The position numbers and the translations under genes are program-made. A stretch of DNA of 60,708 bases, counting the filler, from Sphacelaria rigidula (lineage: Eukaryota), in NCBI GenBank assembly GCA_964200075.2. It is 10 parts of 10 records of this genome, joined end to end, with 100 filler letters (N's around TTAATTAATTAA, not from the genome) between each part and the next. Parts side by side here need not be neighbours in the genome. Positions count along the whole stretch, not along the records: positions 1 to 5,982 come from CAXNAA020023028.1; positions 6,083 to 12,063 come from CAXNAA020023029.1; positions 12,164 to 18,144 come from CAXNAA020023030.1; 7 more parts are not named here. One strand, 5' to 3'. Within the stretch, counting starts at the first letter, position 1, and the number at the start of each line of letters is the position of its first letter. Positions 1 to 12,199 of this stretch are shown in pieces. The notes beneath the pieces are model-generated. The model did no database searches and was not told where the DNA came from. It worked only from the letters and a program-made list of their open reading frames with translations.

Positions 1-69
1 GGGAAAGCGGAGGTGGGAGTGGGGTGGAGGCGGTCGGGGCTGGGGGGGGGGGGGGGGGGGCGGGGGACG

Positions 70-730
70 GGGGGATAAAGGACCAGGGTGCCCGGAGCAA
101 AACTGGCTGAAGTGCCTACGGGACGATTTTCAAGCTTTCGGAGCCACGAACGGCTCTAAGGACGACAGCAGAAAGACGTTCGGAGTTGAAAGTGCCCTCT
201 GGCCTTTGGCAGCGGAGAGGGAAGGGGGGGTACTATGGCACACGGGGGTGCTGCAGGGAGCAGAGAGGTTCATGACCTCTTGGCACAAAATCGAGGAAGA
301 GGCCAGCCGACATTGCTGACTCCAACGCACCCCTCCCTCGAGGTGGTGTGTGTTGTAATGTGGTGCTTTCCCTGTTATGCCTATTATATTCGTACGCATA
401 GCTGTCCCCCTAGAGGCACAAGGTTAAAACCCTGCGACTCTTCTCGCTTTGGCTGGTGATCATGGCTCTTGATTTCGGTTCCCTTCCTCTTTGGCCTCGC
501 GTGTTGAGTGGACCAACGGGCTCTGCTTCCAGCAGCCCGAATGGTCGCATATGACATCGGGACTTAGAGGGCAAGCAGTAATCTTTTTTCCTTCCTCTTT
601 CTCCTTCTTTATTAGTATTTTTTTTTCTTCCATTTAATTTGTATCGCGTCTATGTGAATTGTTTCTGGGTCCGATTTTATGCTATGACTTTTCTTCCACC
701 TCATATTGGGGTAGTTAGCCTATGACCACG
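70..730 (+). mobile_element. 3' fragment of an RTE-like non-LTR retrotransposon (degenerate ORF end plus 3' UTR)
   Basis: Reads ...PEQNWLKCLRDDFQAFGA...LWHTGVLQGAERFMTSWHKIEEEAS, resembling a LINE ORF2 C-terminus. A related copy lies on the minus strand at ~35950-36387 (shared gaggttcatgacctct and cgcatagctgtcc motifs). Confidence 0.6.
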
Positions 731-970
731 GAAGGCGTCCGCATCAGATGCCCAGTACAGAGTGCTGTGCAGATATCGGAATGATTTATTTGTTGTTTCC
801 TCACACTTTGAACCCCTCTCCTTCCTCGGGATGAAGTTCGTGGTCTCAGGGGATCAACCCATCTCTCCACCGATACGTGCCTTTCATTCTGGGCTCACGG
901 ATGGGGTCAGCACTCCCGCACCGAGTGTCAAGACAAGAACAACATAAACAACGACAACAACAATACAGCA

Positions 971-1832
971 TTGAGAGTAGAGTTGGGAATGCATCCACTC
1001 AAAACCAGAGACATGAGAAAGATGAGGTGGCATTATAGCGAAAAGAACATGCAGAGAAGGAGATTGCCAGCTATAGCTGATAGGGCTGTACGGAAGAAAA
1101 GTACGACAGGGCAGGCTGGAATAAGGTGGGATAGAGAAGTCGAGAAAGTACGGAAAGAGATAGAAGGAAACCAAGACGAAATACTGCCCATAGGTGAAGG
1201 CGTAACGTGCAAGCCAAAAGTAAGAGACTTGATAAAAATAAGGGGGGGGGGGAAAGCCCTCAGACGCAAAGTAGACGAGGAAGAACATCTGGATATATAC
1301 GGGGGGTGGAGAGAGGGGATCGGGGTCAAAACATATTTGCACGGCCCAATGGTCGCGGCGAAAAAAACGAAAGTGCGATTTCGGGTGGGGGACCCGGACC
1401 TGCCAGAGAGAAGAAAGGTATATACCAGTAGTCGAGAGGAGGAGGAAATAGATGCACAGAATTCACCCTGTGGCAAAGCAATAGAGAGCAGAACCCGTAT
1501 AGTTGCAGAATGTAAACTATACAAGGAGGAACGGGACGTGCTAGAGGGGGAAATGCGGGACCTGAACGACATCACCATAAAATCGCTTGACGCATTAGAC
1601 AGAAGCGAAAAAAACATGGCTATACTAGGAGATAGATGGTAGCCACAGAAGGCGAAACAGGACGGGAATAAGATATGTAAAATGTTTCTGTGTAATGTAT
1701 GGAAGAAACCTAATGAGCACCTGAATGTTGGAGGAGACTCTATTAGGAGCAGGAACGGTGCTCCGTCTCGAAAGGGATGCGTGGTTAACGGTCAAACAGC
1801 TACGGCAAGCAACTAATGAGTACGCCCGCCCC
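971..1832 (+). mobile_element. 5'-truncated non-LTR retrotransposon (family A), ORF2 C-terminal region
   Basis: ORF 971-1642 (RVELGMHPLKTRD...CGKAIESRTRIVAECKLYKEER, a degenerate zinc-knuckle-like region). Homologous copies at 44866-45980, 46040-46480, 48649-48860 and 36488-36625. Ends ATGAGTACG followed by a C-tract. Confidence 0.85.
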
Positions 1833-1849
1833 CCCAGTCACCTATCGTC

Positions 1850-2390
1850 ATCATCTATTCTTGGTTTTCCCGACATTCTTCCATTCATTCTCGACTAGGC
1901 TACCCCACCTTATTCAAGCCCGCATTTTCATTACTTTCTCCCATACAGCCCTATCAACAATGACGGCAATCTCTTTTTTGGCTTTCCCCTGACATCATAT
2001 TGTCATTACTAATTATTCCATGTCTTCATTCATTTCAAGTGGGTACATTCCCAATTCTGCTCTTGATACTGTATTACTTGTCGTTTTCGAGCATCCAAGT
2101 ATCTTCTTCGCTGCTGTTATTTGTACTGTTTCCAGTTGCTTCGCGAACTTTGCGTTCCTTTCCCATACTTCTACATACCCTACCTTTGGTACAATCATAT
2201 TCATCAGCATATATCTCGAAATGGTAGTATCGAGGTGCACGTCTGTTAGGACGACGTCCACCTTACCTGTCCGTGCCTTATCCTCTCCTATTAGTCTATT
2301 AGTGTTTGCATCCCAAAAATAATATTTTATATGTCTATGCCAACGTGCTTGTCTGTACCTTACCCTTTTCTATTAGTCTATTCATGTGTG
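1850..2390 (-). mobile_element. Family A LINE internal fragment, inverted relative to the neighbouring copy
   Basis: ORF 2013-2261 (KQLETVQITAAKKILGCSKTTSNTVSRAELGMYPL) overlaps in homology with the start of the 971 copy and with 45700-45960. Confidence 0.8.
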
Positions 2391-2639
2391 CACCCCGAAA
2401 GCAGTTTTTGATATCTACGCAAAAGTAGATATGCTAGTCTACAATCGGCAATCCCTCTTCTCCACCCTTCCATTTGAACTCTACTGGGTACTCGTTAACT
2501 TCGTTACATACAACTACCGCGCATTGCACCCCGATATCGTATCTTCCTCGACCGTGATTCCTCGCTGTTTCCACTGCTACTCTCACGTCATCAATGAACA
2601 CCTTGAGACGGGGGCGGGGGGGAGGAGGGGTCGTCATTA

Positions 2640-2950
2640 TTCATCCCGTAGATCTTGTAGTGAGAAGCTCATTGAGCTGACATCCCTACAAAGCTGGGAC
2701 GGAGCACGCCGATTTTCGCCGGACCAGGCTCGCACTTACCAAGCGCGAGGCGCCGTCATGTGTTCGGCGAGTCGCATGAGAGGTGACCTGCATCCTACTA
2801 AGATTGTTCGACCCGAAGCGTACTAATTCTCTTGCACATGAATAACAGCCTCGCATAAGTTGCTTCATTTCCTGGTATTGCCACTTCCAGAGACAGCCAC
2901 GGGTTGCACACTGCTTCATGGGTGTCTGACCATTCAAACATTGCATAGTA
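2640..2950 (-). mobile_element. Family B LINE 3' fragment. Other copies at ~21626-21725, 24341-24525, 38075-38250, 39450-39745, 48440-48548, 52590-52875 and 54560-54628
   Basis: A shared block (ttttcgccggaccaggctcgca...cgcatgaagggtgagctgcatcctgctaagattgttcg.cccgaagcgtact), or parts of it, recurs in 8 places on different contigs. Confidence 0.8.
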
Positions 2951-3149
2951 CGATCGACCCCTTTGCTTGGAGTTCAGGTTGTCCACCCCGCACAATGTGA
3001 TATAACTCGACCACCAACACGGTGACCCCGAAAAAACGGAAGCGAAAGACAAAAAACGGTAACCTGGTTGTCTAGCCTACGCATTGAGTGGCGCGTTTTA
3101 CAGCGTCATTGCCAACCGACGCCATACCTCAAAACGAAGATGGGATACG

Positions 3150-3290
3150 CAATGATTGACTGATTGGTCAATTGATTGATTGATAATCGTACTTTAACTG
3201 ACCCGCCAGGTAGTCATGATCCAGCCGTGGTCATTATCCACGTGATAGACGTACTCGAGACAAAACGAAACTGAAACACTCGCTGAAGAA
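3150..3290 (-). repeat. 3' end of a retroelement with a (TCAA)n tail. Second copy on + at ~5485-5590
   Basis: The motif gtctatca.gtggataatgaccacg.ctggatc...gggtcagttaaagtacga followed by tcaa repeats occurs twice in opposite orientation. Confidence 0.7.
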
Positions 3291-3849
3291 AAAAACGAAT
3301 ACACAGAAAAGGTAGAACAGAACAACATGATAGACTACGAAGTAACAAAAGAAAAAAACAAATAAAAAGAAAAGGAAGGACAGAAAAAAAAAGGAAAGAA
3401 ATTGCCGGTCTCTGCCACATGGCTTCGGCGGAAAAGGTCTTGCGCAGGACTACACCCATACCCAGTCGTAGGAAACAAGAGGCCGTGGAAAGGAAAATAC
3501 TGCAGCTCATCTACTACAACGACTCTATTTAGGGTATGGACCCTCTCATCCATGAAGAAACACGATGAAGCGAGGTACCACACTGCTCCGGCACACACCA
3601 TACACCGGCGGGAAAGAACACATATGGAGAGAGAAATATGGGGAAAAGGGAAAACAGAGGAGGAGGATAATGGCTGCCTACAATATCAATTGAGATCGAG
3701 ACAAATATGACCCGCCCCGATTTCTTCCACATCACTGTCAAGGCCGGCCGCATGAACCCGAGAGCATATACACTGGGGGTACTACTTTGCCTTGGGGGTC
3801 TAATATGGAACATATACGCCATGGACAGACCTCCTCCCCTCCCCTCCCC

Positions 3850-4235
3850 TCATTTCCTCCCTTCCTCCTCTTTTCTCCCAAATACCGTCCAACCACTCGC
3901 CTTCGATGCCCAAAACGCAGCCGATGCGCCCGATCTTAGCTTCGTCATACCACTCCCTTCCCCGCCTCTCCTTTTCCCCGTTCTGGCTATTGCCTTCTTG
4001 GTTTTGGCAGGACCAGCACCACCACCACTACTCTTCTTCTTGGCGGTTTTCTGTTTCACCGTCTTCTTTCTCGGCGGCAGCGACGGCGTCGCCATGCTTG
4101 CAGCACTTCTGGGAGCTGCAGCGAAAGTAGTAGATGCATGATGTGCATAGTGTTGCCCGTCATCAACATCACTGTCATCCTCGTAGGCCGGTGGTGGCGG
4201 TCGCGAGTGATTGCCATATGCCGGCGGCGGGGCTG
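3850..4235 (-). CDS. Putative terminal exon of an unknown Pro/Lys-rich protein
   Basis: Pyrimidine tract plus AG acceptor at ~4236, then an open GC-rich frame (APPPAYGNHSRPPPPAYEDDSDVDD...KKTVKQKTAKKK...) to a stop at 3850. No family recognised. Confidence 0.4.
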
Positions 4236-5057
4236 CTTGATGGAAACGACCGAAGAAAAAAAACGGCACAGAGAAAAAAAGAAGCAGACAAACAACTGAG
4301 AGTGTGCGTATGTGCATATATATACAGAGAGAGAGATGAACGATGATGGGAAAACATTGAGCTGTCTCACCAAGCTTTCGACAATGAAATATGTCGCACG
4401 GTGACGTGGAGCTGAAGGGGTTTGCGAAGTGTACTGTTTCAAGAGTAGGTTCAGTTGTCCCGCTTGCACGGGAGCCTTCACACGTAATCTTAGTTATATA
4501 TATATATATATATAAATATTTGCGTACATGTGCTGTAATGTATCGTGTTGTGTTGTACTGTCCTATTATGCAGCCGGTCGCCTTGACCATGAAAGCTTGG
4601 TCGGCACGGGAGCCGGGGTAGCAATTATTGAGTAGAGCAGCAGCAGACTCCACCCTTGCTCATCGCACGGCACCTCAGTTATCTTTGAAACGTCGACCAG
4701 GCATTGTCATTTATTTCTCAAGATTGGTTGGGCTTGCTGCGTGGTAAAGTTCACCCTAGCACGATGGGGGAGATTGAGTGGGAAAACGCCCAGTCCCGAC
4801 ACCGGGGAAAATCGTCACCGTCGAACAACATAGAAATTAGAAGGCGGAGGAGCATTTAAAACTGCATAAAAAAAGCGGGAAAAGTCTCACGCGATGTTGC
4901 ACTGTACTGTTCACTAGCAATGAGTACAACCTAACGAATTGCGCTGTGTAGAAGTAATGGTTGTTCTGCGAATCCTCGTGGTACCTACCCGTACGCCACA
5001 GCCGTTCGCTGGGCCAAACAAGACGTCACCTGGACTTGCTTGGGCACACGATACATC

Positions 5058-5376
5058 ATTTCATCGAAGGTTTGTTGTTGAATATGCCAACACCACTCAC
5101 CATCGACGACCTCCCCCTTCGCTACACGGACACTACAACAAACGACGCGATTGTACGTGACCGATGAACCCAGGTGGGCTACATTTTGAAAATGGCCATA
5201 CCCTGGTTCTCTTTCTTACACAATTTCATCGAAGGTTTGTTTTGGAATATGCCAACACCGCTCACCATCGACGACCTCCCCCATCGCTACACGGACACTA
5301 CAACAAACGACGCAATTGTAGGTGACCGATGAACCCCGGTGGGATACCTTTTCAAAATGGACATACCCTGGTTCTC
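5058..5376. repeat. Tandem duplication, 165-bp period, 2 copies
   Basis: atttcatcgaaggtttg...ccctggttctc at 5058-5211 and 5223-5376, with scattered substitutions. Confidence 0.9.
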
Positions 5377-5982
5377 CTTCCTGTTTATTTCCCCCTCTGT
5401 TTCTTCTGTTCTCATTTTTCTTTCATAGTCCACTCTGTTATTCTGTCTCACCTTTTCCGTTTCTTCTGTTTTCTCCGGCGAGTGCCTCAATTTTGTTGTG
5501 TCTCGGGGACGTCTATCATGTGGATAATGACCACGACTGGATCCCTTGGGGGTCAGTTAAAGTACGACAATCAATGTATCGATGAATGAAAATTAAAGTG
5601 GACAACGAACAACAATATCAAAAAGTGTACTGCGTACAGTATCAAATATGTTGTCTATCCTAGTAAACAAAATATCCAATTCTGTACGCAATACACTTTT
5701 CATATAATCTAACCTACAATATTATCTGGGGTGCGAAATGATACAACTGAAACCGGTTAGCGCAGGAGATCGGGGGTTCAAATACAGCCGACCCCGCCTG
5801 AAGGACACGTTTTTTTTCTTCAGGTGTCCTCATCCCGGGGAAGTGTCACTACGATTCAGGGGACCATAATTCACCATCCGCGGGGTTAATGGAGGCGTGC
5901 TATGGGTAAAGTTAAGCGTCTTCGGGGAGATGGGGGGGCGTACACATTTGTTGCTTGCATTAGTCGTTTGACCATTGACCAC

Positions 5983-6082
5983 NNNNNNNNNNNNNNNNNN
6001 NNNNNNNNNNNNNNNNNNNNNNNNNNTTAATTAATTAANNNNNNNNNNNNNNNNNNNNNNNNNNNNNNNNNNNNNNNNNNNN
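5983..6082. other. Artificial scaffold linker (N44-TTAATTAATTAA-N44). Identical linkers at 12064-12163, 18145-18244, 24226-24325, 30307-30406, 36388-36487, 42469-42568, 48549-48648 and 54629-54728
   Basis: Nine 100-nt gaps share a six-frame-stop core. Intervening contigs measure 5982, 5981 (x6) and 5980 (x3) bp, so they are size-sorted. Confidence 0.97.
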
Positions 6083-6178
6083 AGGAGCTTCCTCTCTGTC
6101 GTTGCTTCTCTCTCTGGTGATATCGTCATCGACACGCGTGTACACCGCCTTTCGTTGGGTGCACCTAGCCAGAGTTGC

Positions 6179-6290
6179 TTAACCCTTAGACCGCGGTGCC
6201 CGTAGTTCATCTGAACCACGCGTATACTTTTTCCAAGTGAATATTGATGCCGATTCAGGAGGTGACCTACTGTCGCGGTCGGACGGTCAA
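6179..6290. mobile_element. ~110-bp piggyBac-like MITE (TTAA site, CCCTT(A/G)GACCGCG termini). Other copies at ~29714-29822, 34616-34827 (two) and 35641-35750
   Basis: Pattern TTAA|CCCTTAGACCGCGG...CGCGGTCTAAGGG|TTAA with a conserved interior (gatgccgattcag, ctggatcacgcatactttt). Confidence 0.75.
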
Positions 6291-9200
6291 GTCCTCCTGC
6301 GTAGTTTGGGGGGGGGAGATACTTTCGCTCTGTGTTACTCTTTCGTATCTTCCCTGCAATAGAGAAATGCGACTTCAGCCCCATTTTAGTGTTGAACCCC
6401 AAAATTTAAAATCGGCTGTTATTTGTTGCTTGCCTCAGTCGTTTGACTTTCGACCATGCCCCGTCTCGAAAGGTCAATAGTCAAACGACCACGTCAAGCA
6501 ATAGATGAGTACGCCCCCCCACCCCCCCCCGAAAATGATCGAAGGTACGTCCGGACAGTACTTCCCTCGGGTTTTTGTCGCATACTGGTTAGCCTCCTCA
6601 AACCTCATTTCATTGATCAACCTCCTTATATAAAACCCTCTGTAAGTTGTACTGCTGCGTGTTATGTTTCCGTCCGCACAGAACCGGGTGGGATCGAAAC
6701 GCTGCAGAAACAGTTTCAAACAATCACGTGACGAGTGTGCAGCTGTCTGTTCGGTCTGCAGTGGCTTTAGTACCGCAGAAGTCACGCAAGGCAGGTGCAG
6801 GCAGGTTGAGGCAAAAAGACTGACCCAGCACAGAGCTGCTGTATCCTCGGTGATTGGTGGTAGCAGCTGTCTGCCTCACAGCAACACAACGTGTGGGCCC
6901 AGTGCCAGACTTTTGTTTATTAACGTCTTAGCAAACTACCCTACAGGGTCCGCGGGTTTGCGTTTGTCGGAGGGGCAACAAGATTGTTTTTTGTTGTTGT
7001 TGGCTTCCTTGCATGGTAGACATACACCAGATATCCCACATGATTTGGATCTAGTCCCATAGGACATCACCCTGGCAAACGAAGGCAAGCAAGTACCCTT
7101 GACCAGCGGAGGTGGGATCAACACCCCATCCTGTCCCACCGGCACCGGCACCGCGGTACCCGTATCTATTGCCCGTACACCTCTGTACTGCTGAATACAG
7201 ATGGTCCATACAGCACGGGTTGTAGCACAAGACATGCACCCGTAATAACCGCACCATTCTGAGGAACACCAAATTATTATCTGCACAGGAAGTTGGTAAG
7301 TAATAACCACAAATCTGAGCACTCATACGACTGGAAAGACAAACTGTGAGTGATACCACTGTTGCAAAAATCTCGACGATACAGTCTATATACATTGTGG
7401 TTGAATGAACTCGTTGCAACAAAAGATAGCGTTGCTGTTCATCGAAACCACGAACCATTGTAGACCGTTTCATCCGTATCTTTTTCACGGAGAGTGCCTA
7501 TTTTGTGTTGATTTATAGTCTACCTGAGCGAAGAACGTTTCAGGTAGCATATTGCTAGAGTAGGCGTGTTACCATGATTTGTCAATGAAAGATACTCTAG
7601 TAGAGTGTAGGCCACGTAACCTACAGGATATCTTGTGTGCAACTTTGCAGTTAATCTACGCTGGCAAGGCTACCGCGTCAGCAATAGCGAGGTTGAATTG
7701 AATGATACGATTAGACCTTACGTCCGTGTCGAGTGTTTGATTCTTCTTCCAGGATTGAGCATGGTTGTAATCGGTGGTTCCTATCGTCCTCGTAACCACT
7801 CTCCCAAGCTTACCCAGCTTACCCAGCTCTTCTTCATTTCCTCAGCACTCTGCTTGCGAAAGAGGCTGCTTGATTTTGTTCAGCCGAAGTGAAGAGCCCC
7901 AAACATCATTTTCATCTTTGGACTTTCTGTCTGCTGCAGAAGCAAGTGGTTTGACTACCACTGTGCAACCTCTACTATACTACTGTCTCTGCGACGGTAT
8001 CGGTCTGTTTCGAGAAGAGTACCAAACGCCACAAGGCACGAATATTTCCAACAACAACTACAGATTCCACGTAAATTACAGGGCAGCATAATGAGAACTG
8101 CCTGTGCACAGTAGATTTTGGTACATTGTGCCGAGGGCTTGAAAACTAGAACACTACCCAGGTATATGCAAGTTAAGTGGTTGCTGGGTCGGACTGAACA
8201 CAACGGATCTGCGCTTTTGTTTTGTGCGAGTTGATGGAAATATTTTCCAGGCAGCGACGGCGATCAACTTTCGCATGAAACGAAGCTTATTACAGACCTG
8301 ATGTATAATCTACGCATGATATCCATGTGGTTTACACTTGGTGAATTCATGCACATGAAATGTTAACTCACATGTCGAAACAAACCTCACATGCAATGCA
8401 CAAAATATCTGCAGCCGCTGCCACCAGAAAAATTGCCGTAGATCCCATAAACAGAATTGCTGCATTCGGCACTGCTTATCCACAAGCGACACCCACGCCG
8501 TATTCGCTCTTCCTGTCCCCTCATGTACCGTGTGTCCTTCCTTTTCATACTACAAGCAGACAAGTATTTACCACGCATGTGAGACCCCACATCGCTCATA
8601 CGACGTAGCGTAACCGACACTACGATCGACCAGACTCACATCCAGGGCAACGCGTATTCTCCCGCGCACAATATTGCCCGAACAGTGATACATTGCTTGC
8701 TTGCGAGACTTATCGGAAGTAATGATTTTTTTTCATGCGAGACACGAGATCAGTCCCTCCCCTTCTTTTTCTCCTTTCTTCTTTTTCTTCTCTTCTTGGA
8801 CATGAACGGTAATGAAACGACATTCACGTAGGTCATCGTTCTCCTCTGAACAGGTATGTAACTCTCTCTCAATAAAGGAAACACGATGATCACTCATCCC
8901 ATCGACGAAAATCATGAAACGCCAATCAGTATCGACAGCTAACATGACAACATTCTACGTTGGTAACGCGGTCAACAGACTACAGATACCGACAGATGCC
9001 AACGACAAGAAAAAAAGAGAAAAAAGGAAATGGCTCATGCCCCGCATAAAAAAAAACATTGTTCAGGATTGTTTGCCCGCAAGCAATCCTCACCCAGCGT
9101 TTCGTTTTTTTTTTAAAGCCTCACTCTTTATTTCTTCCTTCATTTTGCTGTACGCCGATGCACACCCGACCCAGACTCAGGGTATATCACCGGCTGAGTA

Positions 9201-12199
9201 AGCACCGACATGAAGTGAATTACTACTCATTTTGTTTCTATAGTTTGTATTTTCATTTTCTCGAGAAGAAAACTCGAACCGTCGGCATCAAAATAGGTTG
9301 CTTGTCAGCGCTGAAAAGAACTGATATACGCTAGTTTAATACAGAATATGAGCTCCCTCTTTTCTTCTGTTTTTTGTCAAGAAAGCGGCGATAGAACATT
9401 CTTCACATGCAGAACCGATATGTACTTTACTCATAATATACACTACATGATGCATGATGCATGATGATCCCACCATCACCCAGGAAATGCAAACAACACA
9501 CAATGTCTACTCGCATGTGAAAATATGCCGTGGAAGCAACGCGATTAATATACTACACCGACGCCGCAACAACAACAAGAGAAGGATTGGCTCATTTTCC
9601 GCATTGAAAAATGGATATATCCAGGTCTGCTCGCCTGATAGTAACTTCCATACATTTGATGTATTTGTTTTTGCACCCTGAAGTTGAGGAAATCCATGCA
9701 CAAGCAAACCCTCCACAGGTCTATCCTCCACCGGGCAAACCCTGGCTTGAGTTGGGGCGTCAAATGACAGGTACAATGGTGGGTGACTCGATCAGCTCCC
9801 ACCCATCCATCTTTCGGAAGAATATTGCTTTCTTCATTCTTTTCTTTTTTGTAGTAACGTCCCAGAGCCCTCCTGTGAGTACCGCGAACCATATGATTGT
9901 CAGTACCGCACCACAAATCGATTATACATGCGACCTTGAGCACAACACGATACATGCCGCGAGACACCCGGAACCCCGTCCAGCAACACAGTTGATATCA
10001 TCCAGTTCAGGTACGGGTCCGGACTGGGAACAGAACCGGGACGGTTAGGTAGCAACATGAATTGGCAGTTCTATCCTCAAGCCCTAGTGCCCAGCTTGTT
10101 TAACCAATTTAAAAGTGAAACAGGGGGCGATGAAAAACAGTTTTTTACTGTTGCACCTCATGCCACAACAGCTTCACGATTACGAGCACTAAAACTCTGG
10201 AGAAGAGAACATGTGATGACCACAATACATGCTGAATTGCCACTCATCTGCTATGCTCCTGGGCTTTCCCCCGCGGCGACCCTTGCGTCCGACTTCACAC
10301 CTTACCGACGTCATCGTTGCCCGTGCACCACAAGGTTTCAAACAGTTTCGTTTTGTGAACTGTAACGTTGTATTTGGTGCTCCTTAACCCTGCTAACTCT
10401 ATATTTGATCGTCGTGTTTGTGCTTATCATCCTTGTGTTTCCGCTTGTGCTGCATCATCGGATATCATTTTTGCGGTGACCGTTTTGTTCTTGGGAATAC
10501 ATGATTCTAGTGAATTTCCCATATTTTGTATTGTGGGATTCTTCTCGCAGTGTATATATTCTACGCACATACATTTCCTCGCTCACTTATACGTATGTAC
10601 TTGTTGCATTGGATGGTCGAACCCTTTTCATATCCTTTTTCATGTGACAAGTTAAATTATCGAATTCGGTAGCACAAGCCACCTACCCCGCACCGCAGCA
10701 CGGTGACTTACTGCGCAGCTAAGATGCGTTGGACCCTTTGCAACCGCATCAGCTTTTCAACGACGCTGTATACGACTAGCGTTGTCGCCACTACCCTTGT
10801 TGCAAACCTTCGCTTCCGTAACAGTCGCTCCCGCCAATAGTCCATTGTGCGTGCCACGCTTCACTCTGGTGTTGCAGTGTTCATCTCGAGTATGGATGCT
10901 CCTATGTTCTATTTATTTTATCATGTTGTTTTTACTGTACCTTCACACTCAACGAATGACAATCGTCCTTTCTCAAACTGTGTGGTTCATCAAGACCGCG
11001 TCGCGACTCTATCGTGACGACTCATGGTGGAAATACTGGTATCCGGCACAATACCTTGGTAAACTACGATCAACTTAGTTGTCCTTTGAATGTGAACTTA
11101 TTCCAGATATCTTTATCTAGTCATTCTTCTATTTGCCATCTTTCAACTCATGCGTTGGGGTTTTATGGAGCTATGTCATTCTTTGGCTGTACTGTTTACA
11201 AGATTTGACAACGATCCGCCCCATAGCGTTTCACGTCTGCAAGGGTTGAACTAGATATAGTCGCTTATTGCAGTAATTTGTCAGAAGTGTCGAACACCCA
11301 AGGGTTGTGTTCCGAGTTCGTTTAGATTAATATCCAAAGCCCCAACGGTATTAGCACTTCTCCGATTTACCCAATGTAGTTGATGAAAGTTAGAGAAAAA
11401 ACACAAACAAACAGAAATCTCCAACTTGAGCGAACACGAGCTGCTCTATTGGACGATACGAAGAGGGAAGGCTCGAAGAACGCTTTTCAGAGTGCTACAG
11501 TAATCAGCGTCAAACGTATACAGAATCCGTAATTTCTTAGTTTTTTAAAGATTGTCCAAATTTGTTTTGCTTGCCACCACTTATCACAGTGACTGTTGGA
11601 TGCCAAAAAATGGACATCCGGAGATATTTTATACCTCTTGACAAACTTTGAAAGAAAAATCTTCTGCGATCAATAATGAGTGACTTACGGGCTTGACCGA
11701 TCTTCGGGGGTCCTACGAAGTACGACCCCAGGCTCTAGCTTTTCGGTATTTTCGGTGAACCGACTAGATCCGGATCATATAAATGAAGACTCAAAAATGA
11801 TTGTTTTTTTGAAACTCCACCTAGTCACTGCGCTAAAGGAGGAAAATTATGTTTCTTGGACCATTTACGGTCAATAACACCCTCATGATAAACGGGGTCT
11901 TTACCCGGTATCGCCCCCACCACGCCAACTTGGGCGATTGTGATTTGAGCACGGCCTGCTTATTTTGCTAAAACTATCGACGCTAGCACTTTCGAGTACT
12001 CATGGAAAATGTTATGCGAAAACCCCCCGAAATAGGCCATCCGCAGAAAATGCTAGACTGAGGNNNNNNNNNNNNNNNNNNNNNNNNNNNNNNNNNNNNN
12101 NNNNNNNTTAATTAATTAANNNNNNNNNNNNNNNNNNNNNNNNNNNNNNNNNNNNNNNNNNNNTACTAATTTTTACGGCCAACGAGCAGCGCAACGAGT

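Noticed and set aside
3150..5590. Inverted repeats at 3180-3270 and 5487-5575 as TIRs of a 2.4-kb transposon
   Set aside because: Both look like 3' ends of a retroelement with (TCAA)n tails, and a related end is at ~40085-40150. Independent insertions are more likely.
6027..6038. TTAATTAATTAA recurring every ~6.08 kb
   Set aside because: It is always embedded in N-runs, so it is a synthetic linker and not a biological periodic motif.
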